64,000 bases of DNA from Ascidiella aspersa. Lineage: Eukaryota. Position 1 is the stretch's first letter. The number at the start of each line of letters is the position of its first letter. Below are positions 13,677 through 26,871 of the stretch, in pieces. Location: NCBI GenBank assembly GCA_963924565.1, contig OZ004614.1, positions 26,474,001 to 26,538,000 of the forward strand, written 5' to 3'. The notes below the pieces were generated by a model. That model did not search any database, had not been told where the DNA came from, and was given only the letters and a program-made list of their open reading frames with translations. A program made the translations under genes and the position numbers.

Positions 13677-15978
13677 AACTTTGTTTTTGTGCGAGTGAAA
13701 CGTCAGTGCTTTGACTGAAGTCCAAGGTTGTAAATCTTGGTTTAGGACGTTTAGTTTTTGGTTTAACACGTTTATTTGGCAAATTTAGTGGAAAAGTTTC
13801 TTAACTCAACCAACAGAAGCTGGCCGATTTTTGACACGAGCAGCCCGTGTTAGCACAAACGTTAGGCTGGAACAAAACACACAGAAACCGAGGTGTGCGG
13901 ATATAACGTGATGTCAGGGTTTGTTAAGGATGAAAAACGATTTGTTATTTTACCGCTGAGGCCTATACTCAGACAACAAGTGGGTCTACGGTAACCCTTA
14001 CTCTGCCACAAACTCAATATCACCGACTTCTAACAATCAAAGTTACTTTACTAGTTGTATTTTCTTTATGCGGAAATTATGGTTAAAATATCTCTTAATA
14101 TGTGAATAATAATAATTATCGCGTGTCGCACACGCAGCAAATTTGTCGCGTGTCGCTTACGGCAAGTAGCGCTGACCAATGGCGACAATCACTGTTGGTT
14201 TGGTAAGTCTTACAAATATCTGACGAATGGCGGAAAATATTACAACAACAAAATGGAACAAAAAATAATGTATTATTGGAAAAAGTTGCGCAAAAGTTGT
14301 AGTGCTTAAACTTGCCACAAACATTTGGATCAAGGGCCCCCACTTGCACTTTAACCTCACTCACACAACGCGCGACGCCTTAGTGTGACGTCACAACCGC
14401 CGCAACGTGTTGCAGGCATTTTCACACCGCTTCACGCGGAGTTGCGAGAAACCAGGCGGTTGTGGTTCCGGGAAAGCACCGATAAGATTACCGGGAAACT
14501 AGAAACGAACGTGAGAGAATTTGAAAAAATCACAAACTCACAAAAGAAAGAAGAAGAACACATGCACAAACGCACGCGCACGCGCACATACAAGAAGGCA
14601 CATACACAAACGCACGCGCACATACAAGAAGGCACATGCACAAACCCCTTCGACATTCAATCCAATGCTAAGTAATCTACGTGAGCATATTTTTACATTA
14701 GATCAAGCGTCGCAACTTACTTTTCAGAAATATAATAAACCAATATGATGTTTAATTTAAATTCAAATAATGTTCCAATGCGGTTTGGTAACTTATATTT
14801 TGCACGTAGCGTCCCCAACGCATCCTTGTAGTAGCTAATCCCCTTTTGTTAAAATGATCGACCTTTTAAAATGCGATCTCTCCCTTTCGCCATATTCAAT
14901 TAAGCTAATATAACCTCGAATGACATGGTTAATTTAATAGTATTAAGAAAAACTCGCAAAGCCAAAGCAGGTCAACAATATACAGCAACCACCAACACAC
15001 TGCCATGGTTACGTACACACCCTGGGTTACAATCAATGCTTAATGAGGTGGAACGAAGATTGAGCACAAAAGAACTCCACAATTCCAAGTATCGAGTCGC
15101 GAGAAAGCAAGATTAAAACCTGGGACTCATTTATTAATGCTTCACTCAACATTAATAGTTGCTATCCACAATAAATTCCAAAGGGAACGTAGCCGGCTCA
15201 AAACTTGCCCCAAATCGTGGCGAACAATCTGCTTTGCACAAACTGTGGGACAAACAGCTCGTTCACGCTTTGCTCGTGTGTACCAAGGAAAGCAAAGCGA
15301 GTTTAACGTTGAATAAACTCAACAAATTACTGGCTGTGTTTATTTTTATTACTTATTAAATCCAACACAAAAGTGTCGCAGCCCAATATCGAAATGTCAA
15401 TCAAGTGAAGTTAGTCTTTGTTATTTACATTTCCCCCAATATACTTGACTGACACGGAGATAAAACTCGCGACCTTAACACGATTCAACATTGTCGTCAA
15501 TAAATTGAGGCGCAACGAACATTTTCCTCCAATTCGTGAATAATTTATCGACAAGAAATGTGGCAACAACCCCCCAAACAACAAGTGGGGTGTTACGTCA
15601 TAATGCTTATTGTTGGCACGAGTGGGCAAATCTTGAAGGTTTTAAATCGATCTTCTTGCAGATCAACCAGGTGCAGTTTCAGTATGAATTGAATGTTTGG
15701 AAAGGAGGTTCTAACTTAACCAGGTTCGAAGGAGCGATTCCCGCGAATAAGCTGCATTGAGTGAGTTTGTCCCCAACTTCAACGATTGGAACACTACAAC
15801 CAATCAATGCTAACACACTACCAGCTGTGAAACCAAACGAGGTTTGCGAAGTTAGTTTACCAAGCGACCTCGAACAATATCCGCGGGTCAAGGAGCGATT
15901 CCTGCAGGAAAGCTGTCAGTTATCGATCAGAGAAATGACAAGTTGTGGTGGTAAGCCGTAACGAAATAGAAGGTAGAA

Positions 15979-16760
15979 CAGCGGTTCCCAAACTTTTCAA
16001 AAATTTTTGCCTGGCGGGCCCGTTGCAATTATTTTGATATTTCGCGGCCCTATAAAATTTCAAGGGTCAGTTGACGCATGTTTCTTGTAGTACACTAGTT
16101 CAGTCACGATTCTTTCTAATGTAACAACCTTCTAACTCAGGGTGGTCCACGGTTGACTGCATCGCCGGCCACAATATTTCTTGCATATTTTTGCGGGCCA
16201 CATAAAGTAGGCTAAATGCGTACCAGGAGCCGATCAACGTTTTTCGTTTGGTCGAGGCATGAAATGTTTAAAGATAACGTCACAAAGTAGCATCGAAAGA
16301 CGGATACGCTCCAGAAACTTGCTTATGTCGTCGAACTTGTGCGCGGTGTGCAATGGTGTGCGCGAAGCGCGAAAAATTTGCGTATTTGACAAAAATTTTA
16401 ATTAGAAGACTGCATTTTATAAGCGTAGAAATGTTCGCGTATGTTGCATACTCCCCAATCGCTAAATTACAAAGACGTTATCATTTCGCGCAAAAAGGTT
16501 TAATTAACCGGATCAATTTGGCTGAAAATGCAACTGGGTTTGGACCACCCTGTTCTAACTAACGCGAACGATTCGCTGATAGCACAGCATAATAGATGCT
16601 TTATGATGTCACAATAGACATCATAAAACACGCTATGATCGAATAATAAAGCATAACTAAAGAAAATAAAGATGGCAGATAATGTTTAAAACCTTAAAAG
16701 ACTAATTCTCCTTGCGGACCCCCTGAAACTGCTGTACGGACCCCAGTTTGGGAACCGCTG
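15979..16760. mobile_element. hAT-type MITE (host of a nested MITE)
   Basis: TIRs CAGCGGTTCCCAAAC / GTTTGGGAACCGCTG; 8-bp TSD AGGTAGAA at 15971-15978 and 16761-16768. Confidence 0.9.
16138..16552. mobile_element. hAT-type MITE nested in the 15979-16760 element
   Basis: TIRs CAGGGTGGTCCA / TGGACCACCCTG; 8-bp TSD TTCTAACT at 16130-16137 and 16553-16560. Confidence 0.9.
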
Positions 16761-18153
16761 AGGTAGAATAACCTTTGCAGTTAAGCCGTATAAGAGAAGT
16801 TATTGTCACCTGGAAATACCGCCGTCTCCGTGAATTTATTTAAACTAAGTTTCCAGTTGTATATTTGAGAACGACTGTGAAAATAACATCAGGTTAAGGT
16901 TATTGTTTTACACCTAATACGTCATCTCTCAAATTTTTTGTGCATTCTGTTGAGAAAATAATTCTACTTTCCTCCAGGCAACAACAGAACTTTTCGTTTC
17001 ACATTTATATATGTTCAGACACAAACGTTAGAAATATAAAAAACCTGAGCATTGTATTATGTTTTGTAACAGCGGGCACGCCAGGGGATTCATACGCGGC
17101 TAATGCACAATATAAGGCAGTTTCTCAAACTTTTAAACTTGTGGAACTAAAAACCAAAAACAAACTCTCCCGTAAACGCTATTTCCACTTGAAGCTTAAC
17201 AATCACCCTTTACAACAAAACTACAAAACAAGGTTGTTGTAGGTAAATAAAAAACACAATTATTTAAATATAAGTAGGCGTCTAGAACGAAGTTAAATGA
17301 TATTTTTTTCTGCGTGTTTCTTAATAAATCGCCAATTCGCACAAATAACCGCTCTATAAAATATTTTCAACTGCAAAAAATCAAGGTCTGAAAAGACTCT
17401 TTGCTTTACAAGCCATAAGTATGAGCTTAAACAACACACTTGGCATAAACCAGCATTACGCATAAAACACATTTCAACGCTTTGCATAAAGCTGTTCTCC
17501 ATTTATATAGCAGTGTCCATTTTGCAGATGGGAGCTCACAATTCACAATAAACTATAAACAAGCAAAAAAAACTAGCTTGAATTGCAAAAACATCACGTT
17601 GGTGATAAAAACACTAATTCTTGCCAAACATCACACGAAGAAATTCACTAGATCTTAACTCGCCAGAAGCAATCCACAAAGTTTACCCTTTCTTAACTTT
17701 GCGCAAACAGCGATAAGTCCGTATTTACCAGATCTAAAACACGGCTCTAGTCATCAATAATACATGCGACCTTAACAAACTGCCTTAAAGCGAAAAACTT
17801 GCGACATATTCCTTTATTTGCTCACTGCGCGTCATAAACAGGTTTCGCGCGTCAAACCTCTCTTTCATCGACGCGACAAAGTCTGGCAAGGCAAGGTTTT
17901 CGAAAAGCGATTTTTTACGGTTGTTTTTTGTCAATTTTTTTTACAACAAATTTGTTTCTTGGTTTAGTGTTAAATCGGTCGGTTAACCTCATATTAAAAA
18001 TGTGTGAAAATATTTTGACATTTGAGTTTTCTTGAGTTGAGTCCTAATTAATCAAAGCAATGTTAAGGAAATAGTTAGTGGATAAAATATTCAGATTTTC
18101 TGTCAATCATTTTAAGACAATTCTTATAAACAAAATTAAATATAACCCTAGAT

Positions 18154-18492
18154 CAGGGGTTCTTAAACTGGGGTCCATGGACCCCTTGGGGGTCCGTGAA
18201 CTAGTTTTAGGGGGTCCATGAAAAACAAATTAAAACATTGGTGTATGTTTAAGAAGTAATAAATTAATCAAAGAAAACGGTTTGGTTAAAAATAAAACGG
18301 TTTTGCACTGAATGCATTAAGACCCCATCTCACTTTTACATTTTTTCACCGAAATCAGCAGATTTCTGAAGTCTATTTGTATTGTGACGTAATTTTTATG
18401 ACGTCATTCTTGATTTTTTTTGCCTACCGTGGTCCATGGGAGGCAAAAACAGATTTTAGGGGCCCGCGGCAAAAAAAGTTTAAGAACCCCTG
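18154..18492. mobile_element. hAT-type MITE
   Basis: TIRs CAGGGGTTCTTAAAC / GTTTAAGAACCCCTG; TSD CCCTAGAT at 18146-18153 and 18493-18500. A related partial copy lies at ~4071-4225. Confidence 0.92.
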
Positions 18493-18500
18493 CCCTAGAT

Positions 18501-19568
18501 CAACGGTGTCCAACCTGCGGTCGTCGATGAATAATTGTGCGACCGTTGACACATATTTTAATAAGCATGTGTTGGCGGCCGTGTCCGTGCTTCCTTGCGT
18601 TAATGGTTGACGTGCTAAATGCAGATTAGATTTTTTTGCGACTTTAGGGAGTGCAGTTAAATCAGTGATCTAAGCTCTTTCGCTTCATTTTCAGTGAACA
18701 GATTACTTGTGCGCTAAAAATGACTTGATTTTCTTGATTGATTGATCCACAAAGAAATCATTGTAGGATATGTGTAACGATCTGAATGGAGATGCCACAT
18801 AAAGAAAAATAAGAAATGATGATACACATTTAACGGTGAGATCGGCCGAGAGAGAATACATGGAGGGTTAAATGGCCAGACCACACACACCAAAAAACAA
18901 AAAATAATAAATCATAAACCACAGACAGTAGCTGGCGGCCATACATTGATACAAACTTGCGTTTTACCTCATGCTTAAATTGGAATTTTAATACAGGTCT
19001 AAAATTAGACGCGGTTTTTATGTTGTAGGCCAGTCAGACAACTGTCTACCGTTGCTGGTCATCAGATTGGCTACAAGCAATGTTATCAGGGGTGGATCAA
19101 GATGTGGCACTTGGCCATGCCCCCTAAAAGTATTTTTTTGGCAAATTTCCATGCATCTACTTTTTTTTAAACTTCTATCTGTTTTGTTGTGTTTTAGTCC
19201 CTTTGAAGTAAATCCGTTAATAACAAAGGTGCTACGTATAAAATCCAATTTTTTTTTGGTTTAAGAACATAAATGCCAGTGTTTATAACAATCTTATGTG
19301 CTTACACCCATTTCGATTAAATTAAAAGTTTTGCCAAATCTAAACGTATTAAACGCATTTTTTTCGCGCTTCGCGCGATTCATCTGCATTTAGGTTCCAT
19401 ATTTTCCCTCGAGTTCGTTAGAGTTCGTTAGACAACAAAACGTCTTTTCAATATGACGTCACGATTTGACAACTTTTTTAGTCATTCCTAAAAAAATTCA
19501 ACTAGCGGCCGTGAGAAAATTAAGACTGTCAATGCGGCCGTCAAGAGCTAAAAGGCTGGGCACCCCTG
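18501..19568. mobile_element. Second, different hAT-type non-autonomous element at the same target site
   Basis: Imperfect TIRs CAACGGTGTCCAACCT / AGGCTGGGCACCCCTG; TSD CCCTAGAT at 18493-18500 and 19569-19576. Confidence 0.85.
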
Positions 19569-22458
19569 CCCTAGATAAACCTAAAGATTCAAGTGATCGC
19601 AGTGTATTATAACTTATCAGTGACTCGGTAACGCTTTGTTTCCTTGTATTTTATTTTTGACAGTTGACAAAAACGAGTCGAAGTTTGATTTAATCTGTTT
19701 CGGCGTTTTACAAATTTAATCGGGTCGAAAAAGCAAAAGTAGTCTGGTTCAGCAACTTTAACCGAACAACTTTCATTTTCGCACAAATCCACGACATCAA
19801 GACAAAATGCCACATCATTTAAAATTAAGCGGGTGGCCATAGCGGGGCTTAACTGACAGGTGACACTCGGACGGGTGACAGTGACGATGTTACGACTGAC
19901 AGGTGACGGTGACGATGTTGCATTGGCAGGTGTCAGTCATGTGACAACTTGATACTTGGCTTGCTGTGTGCGACTGAATCGTTCGAGTCTTTTAAAGTTT
20001 TAGAGCTGGTTAAGTTCCAATAAATTCAACAACACATTATTATCCGACGAAACCTCGCGGCTTTCAGGTTGCGCGCAATATGAAAAAAGTATATTAGCAA
20101 CAAATTTTCACTTGAGTTTATGTTTCTTGTCTTAAAAACAAAACTACAAAAAACCCTGCATGGAATTTATATTTCGAGAAACTAAAGACAATTAGGAAAC
20201 ATGGAGTTGAGAAAACATATCAGTTAACTTACACAGCGAAATGTTACCATAAAGCAGCTAAACCTTGTCAACCCCTGGCCCGTTAACTAACCCAGGTCTT
20301 CAAAACCCCTAATTCTCATGCTAGTAAGCAATAACGTCCTAGTTTTAAAAGTCATTCTTGGAAGTGTCAATTGGCAGTTTACGAGGTCGTGAAGGCGAAA
20401 CTTTAGATAAACTTCTGGAAAACTTTGTTGGTTTCCGGTTTACTCCGACATTGTATTCAGGTCAGATTTAATGCGCGGGAGCCGAGCAAGAAGCGTCCAT
20501 CAAGTTTACAGCTTCCAGCAGAAGCAGCTATGTAAACTACGGTGGTTTGAGGAGGAAGGAAATGCTTCAATTCCCGCAACCTTTCTACGCCGACACTTAC
20601 TGGCTGGCTGGTTGCGTTCTACACCAGGATCGCACAACATTTCGCAGGTTACAACAAAATACCACTGCATGTTCTGTCGCTGCCAGGCATGCTTTACTAA
20701 CGAGGTGTTCTTTCAGCAATTTGTTATTTATTTTGACGACGTTTTGACTTCCTATACCGGGTGTCCTTATCAAAGCCTGAAACATTACTCCACCCAAATA
20801 ATTCTTTTAATTGACTATTCACGAACAACTTTAACGGTTTGATTGTTGTTTCTAAAGAGTTCTGAGTTTTTTTTAAAACAACTTTTTCGCAATTTAGTTG
20901 CAAAGCCGGGATAACACCGCTTGTGTAAGCTGCGGGACTAAGGTACAAATGCAACCGGAAAACGAAAATGTGTTCTTAAGTTGGCTTTAGTTTCAATTTA
21001 AGTTCTCGACAAAAAATATTGTGGCAGTGGTTTTACGGCGCATTTAAATAGAGTGCTAATATCACAGTGAATTCAGCAAACTTTTAACCAGTAGCAAGAA
21101 TCGGATTATGCTTACTTTGTTCTGCTTCAGTATATTGCCCGCAATTCAGCGTTTAAATTGTGCGTAAACATTGTAAAAATCCAACGGTTTTTTTACGGAT
21201 TTCGCGTGTTTTTATTTCTATTTTCTGGTGGTAACAATCTCAGGTTATGGAGGATTTTGCAATTTTGCGTCAATTTATTGCAATTGACTCGGATTTATTG
21301 TAAATTTCGCGGATTTATTTAATTTCGATTTCCTTTGGCGTCAGAAGATTGAAAGTCAACAAAAAAGTCGATTATTCACGTCAAATGCTTTTATAAACAA
21401 AGTTCATATCAACTTGTGGTTAATGTTTTAGTGAAGGTAATTTATTCAAACCCGTAAGCATCATTGTTAGGCTCCCCAATAAATATCGCGCTATTGCGTC
21501 ACAAACGAAATCGCGATTCTGCCGCACAAGTAGCCTGGGGATTCCCCAACACGCTTTTGTGCAACCCGTATGACGTCACTATTGAGTTTGTGGCGTAAGT
21601 TGAGCGTGAGATGTTGAAACACTTGAAGCTATAGTTGTTTTGATGAAATGATTAAAGGTAACACATTTTTTGGCGTGATAATAGAAAAAAACGTAGCAGT
21701 CCAAAACAAACAAATGACTCCAACTTCTGTAATAACGCTTTCGCATCCAACTTAAAATAGCTGAGCTTTTATTGACACAGCACTAAACGATCGTCTTTCG
21801 CAAAATCATTTAATTAGGTTACTAGGTCTAGTTGGGATCACAGAAGTAACCAGCAATAAATTGCCGAAAACGTTGGTTTCAATCAGGTTATGTTAACCTT
21901 AGCAATGTTCACTCCCCAAAAGGTGAGAATCCAACGGCAGGTCGGCATTACAATAATGTGCTGATTTGAACACTGTGTGGCTCGGATCCAGCCAACCACA
22001 GCCGAGTGCATTAGCGGGAAAATACCGGCGCCAATCGATAGAAAATGACGGCTAACCTTTGTCGGAAGAAAAATACTTTTACGCTCAAATTAACGAAGCA
22101 AGCAAAGACCTTTAGATTATTGGCAGCGGTTTAAGGCCCGAAGGAAATTATTCACGGGCGGCGTAACTTGTAAGAGCGCAGAAAAAAAAGTCACGGTAAA
22201 TGTTTCTTCCCCACAACTTGGTAGCAACATAAACACTCATTCTGAATTGGCCACATAACAATCAACTTTCCGTTCTGTTTGTTTAGTTAGGCTAAGGCTT
22301 CTGTATAGAACTTTATAATAAAACAATTGAGATATTGCAAATCCCGATGGAGATAAAACAACCTAAACGTTTCGGTGGTTCCCCTGAGTTGGGATGAATG
22401 ACGTAACCTAAAGTTAGGGAAATTTTTACGGAAAAAAATGACAAACTTCATTTTAACT

Positions 22459-22620
22459 AATGAAAGACACATACAAACATATGTGTTTAATAACATCCGT
22501 GATCTAGCCCCTCGGAAGTTGCTTTATGACCAACGATTATGGCTTCCGTATCAATAGCAACTTCCGAGGGGCTAGATCACAGATGTTATTAAACACATAT
22601 GTTTGTGTGTGTCTTTCATT
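22459..22620. repeat. Near-perfect inverted repeat (~66-bp arms, ~30-nt loop)
   Basis: AATGAAAGACACATACAAACATATGTGTTTAATAACATCCGTGATCTAGCCCCTCGGAAGTTGCT and its reverse complement with 2 mismatches. Confidence 0.9.
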
Positions 22621-22720
22621 GATTGATACGGACTGATGATCCCCCAGTGTGAAGTTGCTTGTACTAACAAAAATGTGCAAGTATTGGCGCATGGTTGTTT
22701 CTCGACTCGCTACTCTCTGA

Positions 22721-22830
22721 GCCTGCATAGCTCAGTTGGTAGAGCGACGGTCCCGGCTTGACCGGAGGTCGTGAGTTCGAACCTCGCTGCAGGCCAGTTG
22801 TTTTTCTGGCTTGCTTTGCTTGCATCATAG
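22721..22830 (+). mobile_element. tRNA-derived SINE (or tRNA pseudogene)
   Basis: GCCTGCA...TGCAGGC acceptor stem, A box TAGCTCAGTTGGTAGAGC, B box GAGTTCGAACC. The anticodon arm is 19 nt with no canonical U33 loop. Related decayed copies at ~40860-40940, 49246-49345, 51535-51580 and 63330-63395 (-). Confidence 0.75.
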
Positions 22831-23524
22831 ATCGACAGATTCGGCGAGTCTGCGATGGCTTTTCGGTGTACTGTTCATTTTAACTAGTTCTGTCACACAT
22901 GACTGAACTCTATTGCCGCTTTGTTTACTTTCAAATGTTTGGCGCCGACTTTTTCACAAACACAACATCTTCGAAAAGTTTGTTTTTATTAAAAGTTCAA
23001 AAACACCGAAGATAAATAATTGCATAGGCATTATGACGTCATAATTACTTGGAATTAAGTCATGCAGGCGCCAAACACGCGATAAAACAAAGGAACGAAT
23101 AAAGCCTTTGTGACGTAATATTGCATTTCGGCGATTTTCACTTGGGGTGCTATTTTCCAGTAAGAATATTTTTATTTATAAGGTTTGACTTTGACCGGAT
23201 AACTTGCGAACCTGTATCGCCACCCAGCGGAACTTAGTATGTTCAACAACACCACCTAGCGGAGGATCACGTATACTTTGTTTGCGGGATTTAAACGTTT
23301 TCTCACAAATTTCGATTTTGGATCTTCCAAATATATACAAACGTCTGTACGACGGGATAAAAATGTAAAACAAGGAAAATGATTGGGATTAAATGACAAA
23401 TTTATAAATAGTGGTATTAATTAATTATATTAAACTTAATAACAAAATAATTATAAGGCCTATGAGTAAAAACTAAAAAAAACAATAAATACTAAATACA
23501 ATTTATTACATAACAATCACAAAA

Positions 23525-26276
23525 TTATTCTTTAAATCCTCGCAAACAAGAATATCCGGAATGACCGACCTTTAACCCCGCAACCTTACAAGCGAACCCC
23601 ACTGACCCGGGTAAGTCCCTTCCGTGGTACAAGGCGTGGACGGTTCCGGCCAGAAAGGTGTCCCCGGCGCCGAGAGTGTCCACCACCTTGTCAGGGGGGA
23701 CGGCAGGGGTGGAACCGGAACCACCTTGGGACCCGGAAACCCCGTAAGAAGCCCCCTCTTCACCCCATGGACAAACAATGTAAGCTCTGTGAACAATGGA
23801 AACAAGTGTTAAGCTTGCATGAAACAATGTAAATGTTATGAGATGAGCAGATGACCTTAAAGTGGCCACATAGCGCAGTCACAAAAACACAACATGTGCA
23901 CAGTAATCTAATTTCAGTTTAATGAAGCAAACAGATTGCAGAAAATGTGCGCCTCTTAGTAAGTGTTAAATTAAACAGTTCAGTGATATAACCACAGGGA
24001 ACGAAGCTTGCATTTGATGCACTTACACAGTAATCCATTTTTTTTACAATACACAGTAATCCATTAAGTATACATTTTACAGGATGAAGTGTAACTAAAC
24101 ACATTCCAAGTTGGCGTGCAGGGTTTTTTATAACACCATTTTTCCACCCTAAATATTGCTAAACACTCACCACACAAGTTGTAACCAACATCTGTTTAAT
24201 GAACTTACAAATTGCAGGAGACAAGGCAAATTAACAACATAAAAAATCACACTTCTAAATTAACTAGGTTTTATGAGAAAGCAGAAAGGTGCGCGTCAGT
24301 TGGCTACAATCTACCACGAGTGGTAGCTGCTCATGATTTGCAAAAATGTGTTATGTAACGTCACAAGGAAGGTCTCTAAAGTCATAATGAAAACAACAAA
24401 TATGAGTTTTACTTGGTGATAAGTGAAACAACATTCCCCCCCAAAGACTGCTCCTGAAGAAACCCACACCTAGCACATTACAGCTTGCTTTGCAGTGGTT
24501 TTGATTAACTCAATATCACATCATCATGCAAGTATCCCTACAAGATGGTTTTTGCGCCTATTTATTGCTATAAGAGCTTGTTAACCTTAGGTAATGTCCA
24601 ACTTACCCATGTTTTGCCAGTGGTTTGTATTTTTCAATGGCTTCAGGAGCCGATTTGCAGCCGAAATGCTCAACATACTCTTGGCCAATCACAATCTAAT
24701 CAATATGGAACCACTATTAAGTTCTTTATGTAAAAAAGATAAACAAGCACGGTTTTGACTGCTAAAATATAAGTTGTTTTAATGTGAAATGAAGTTTTCC
24801 AGAAATACATTCTTACAAGATCAGCGTGTTTCATCAATCGTTCAAGTCTGGTTCGTCGAATGCTTTCCAGTTCCACAGAAATCATAATTCGATTGTCTTC
24901 TTGTTGAGCGTTGTTGTATGCCACCATGTGGTCAATCATAAGAACAACTTCGTTGATGTTTCGACCCTAAAAACAAAACAACCAGCAAATATTTTAAACA
25001 AAACCATCATAACATCAAGTATTTTATAGTTTTACGGATTTATGTTATTCGGTGAACCTAACAAAAACAATGTTCTTTCTTGAAAAATAACTGCATTTAA
25101 ATAGTGATAAATAGATACCTCAAAATGGACCCAGGCATATTCTTCCAGATTTAACTTCTTGAAATCTTTTAAACTAGGTTCGGGCAATCCACTAAGAACA
25201 TATTGTTTTAGATAATTATATTAACTTGTAGAAATGTTCTAGAACTTACTCATTGTTGTGAAGTATTGTCCTGCTGTCATTTCCTTTGTTCAAAACAATG
25301 ACAGAGAACGGCAAACTAATATTCTCCTTGAAAAGAATGTGATCCATACAAACTCCAAACTCAGCCATTCGCTTCGTTACAAATCTATAGAAAACAAATA
25401 CGTATGAAAATGAATTCATAAAACAATTAGCATTATTGTTTGCAATCAAGGTAAAATAATATTAATTTGAGTAATTTTACTTGCTTTTCAGTTTTTTTAT
25501 GTTTGCTTTTTTTGTATGTAAGCACAGAAAGTAAAAATTGGTTAGGTCACCAAAATTAAGAAAGCGATACAATGGATAACATACATCTAGTATTAGCACC
25601 AATGGTTGAAAAGCATCAACACGTTATAATGATTGTATGGAAATATTCTCTGTGCAAGTTTGTTTATACAAATAAATCCTTTACCCTGTCATTAGTTCGG
25701 ATGTGAAGTCGCTGGTCGACTTCGGTAAACTCCCGAAGAAGTCAACGTTATCTCCGAGCATTCCGAGCACAGCACTCGTGTTCGCCGCGTTTCCTCCTTT
25801 CTGCCACTTCACAGAGTCTGTTCTGAAAACATGAATATTTCAAAGCATGAGACAGAAATCTGGTTGGTTGAACAAAAAATTTTCCTTACAGACTTAACAA
25901 AATAATAAAGATACTGCAATTAAAGAATTATATATTTAGAAGTAAGGTCATATGTTTTGTATTAAATATTATAAAAAACAAAACTAGAAATTAAAAATTT
26001 GGTCAAATAAAGTTTTTTTTTACCTGATTTAAACACAGCATAAAAATCTTAATTTGTAAGCAGCAGTATAATGTTGAAAAAATATTAAAGATTTTAATAA
26101 ATCAATCAATAAAACACAAATTGTTTAAAAACTAGTTGGCCTTATGGAATTTGTTGTGGTGTGAATTTATTAGGTTACCTGTACAAAGTATTTTCAACAG
26201 GAAACGACTTGCACTCAGTGACGACATCAATGCAAATCAAACCAATGCAAAGAATGCGACCTTTACGAACTTTCAT
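23525..26276 (-). CDS. KHK: Ketohexokinase (fructokinase, PfkB/ribokinase family), complete, 7 exons
   Basis: Exons 26276-26179, 25822-25685, 25384-25250, 25191-25119, 24966-24817, 24695-24607, 23786-23525; all GT-AG with consistent phases. Motifs: ILCIGLICID, WQKGGNAANTSAVL, SRTILH, WVHFEGRN, ISVELE, CPWGEEGA, VVDTLGAGDTF (PfkB signature), ACKVAGLKVG. Confidence 0.95.
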
Positions 26277-26871
26277 CTTTGTAGAACTTTTTACTGGTTT
26301 TTAAAGTAACAAATTGACAAATAAATTACCAAGATAACTTTAATATATTTTACCTTTAAATCAACGGTAAAGCAAACGCTATAATCAAACAAAAGATCTG
26401 CAATTAATTAGCATCTGATTACATTGATGCAAAACTTTTACACGGATTCTATAATCACCCAAACTGTTGGGAGCGAAATATATCTCGTCACATTCAAGTG
26501 TTTGTTTTGGAGCATAATGGTTGGAGGTTGTAGTAAGACGTAATAAGAATATCAAAGCCCATACAGAAGTAGGTATCATTTTGAACGTTTCGAATAACTC
26601 TTTATTCATTTTCAACATAGCAAGTGTTTGTTTGTTTTGATTTTTGCAGCATTTTTTGATTTGCAAGGATTTAGGGAAGTCCCCGCAAATGAGACAGATT
26701 CTTAAATCCGCATAGGTATGATAATTTTTTTTAATTACACGAGTGACATTCGCAGTAGACCAGCTTACTCTTTATACTAAATACCCAGTTGCAAAATTTT
26801 GTGTAAAAGTGATCAACTTGAGTCAGTATAGTTGCTATAAATTGCTTATGACTGTGTTACTGCCAATACAT

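Noticed and set aside
22721-22795. Functional tRNA gene
   Set aside because: The anticodon arm has the wrong length and no canonical U33 loop; several decayed dispersed copies indicate a SINE.
8000-23400. Short ORFs between KCNQ and KHK
   Set aside because: No recognisable motifs or consistent exon chain; many overlap repeats. Non-coding KCNQ 5' exons may be present but cannot be supported.
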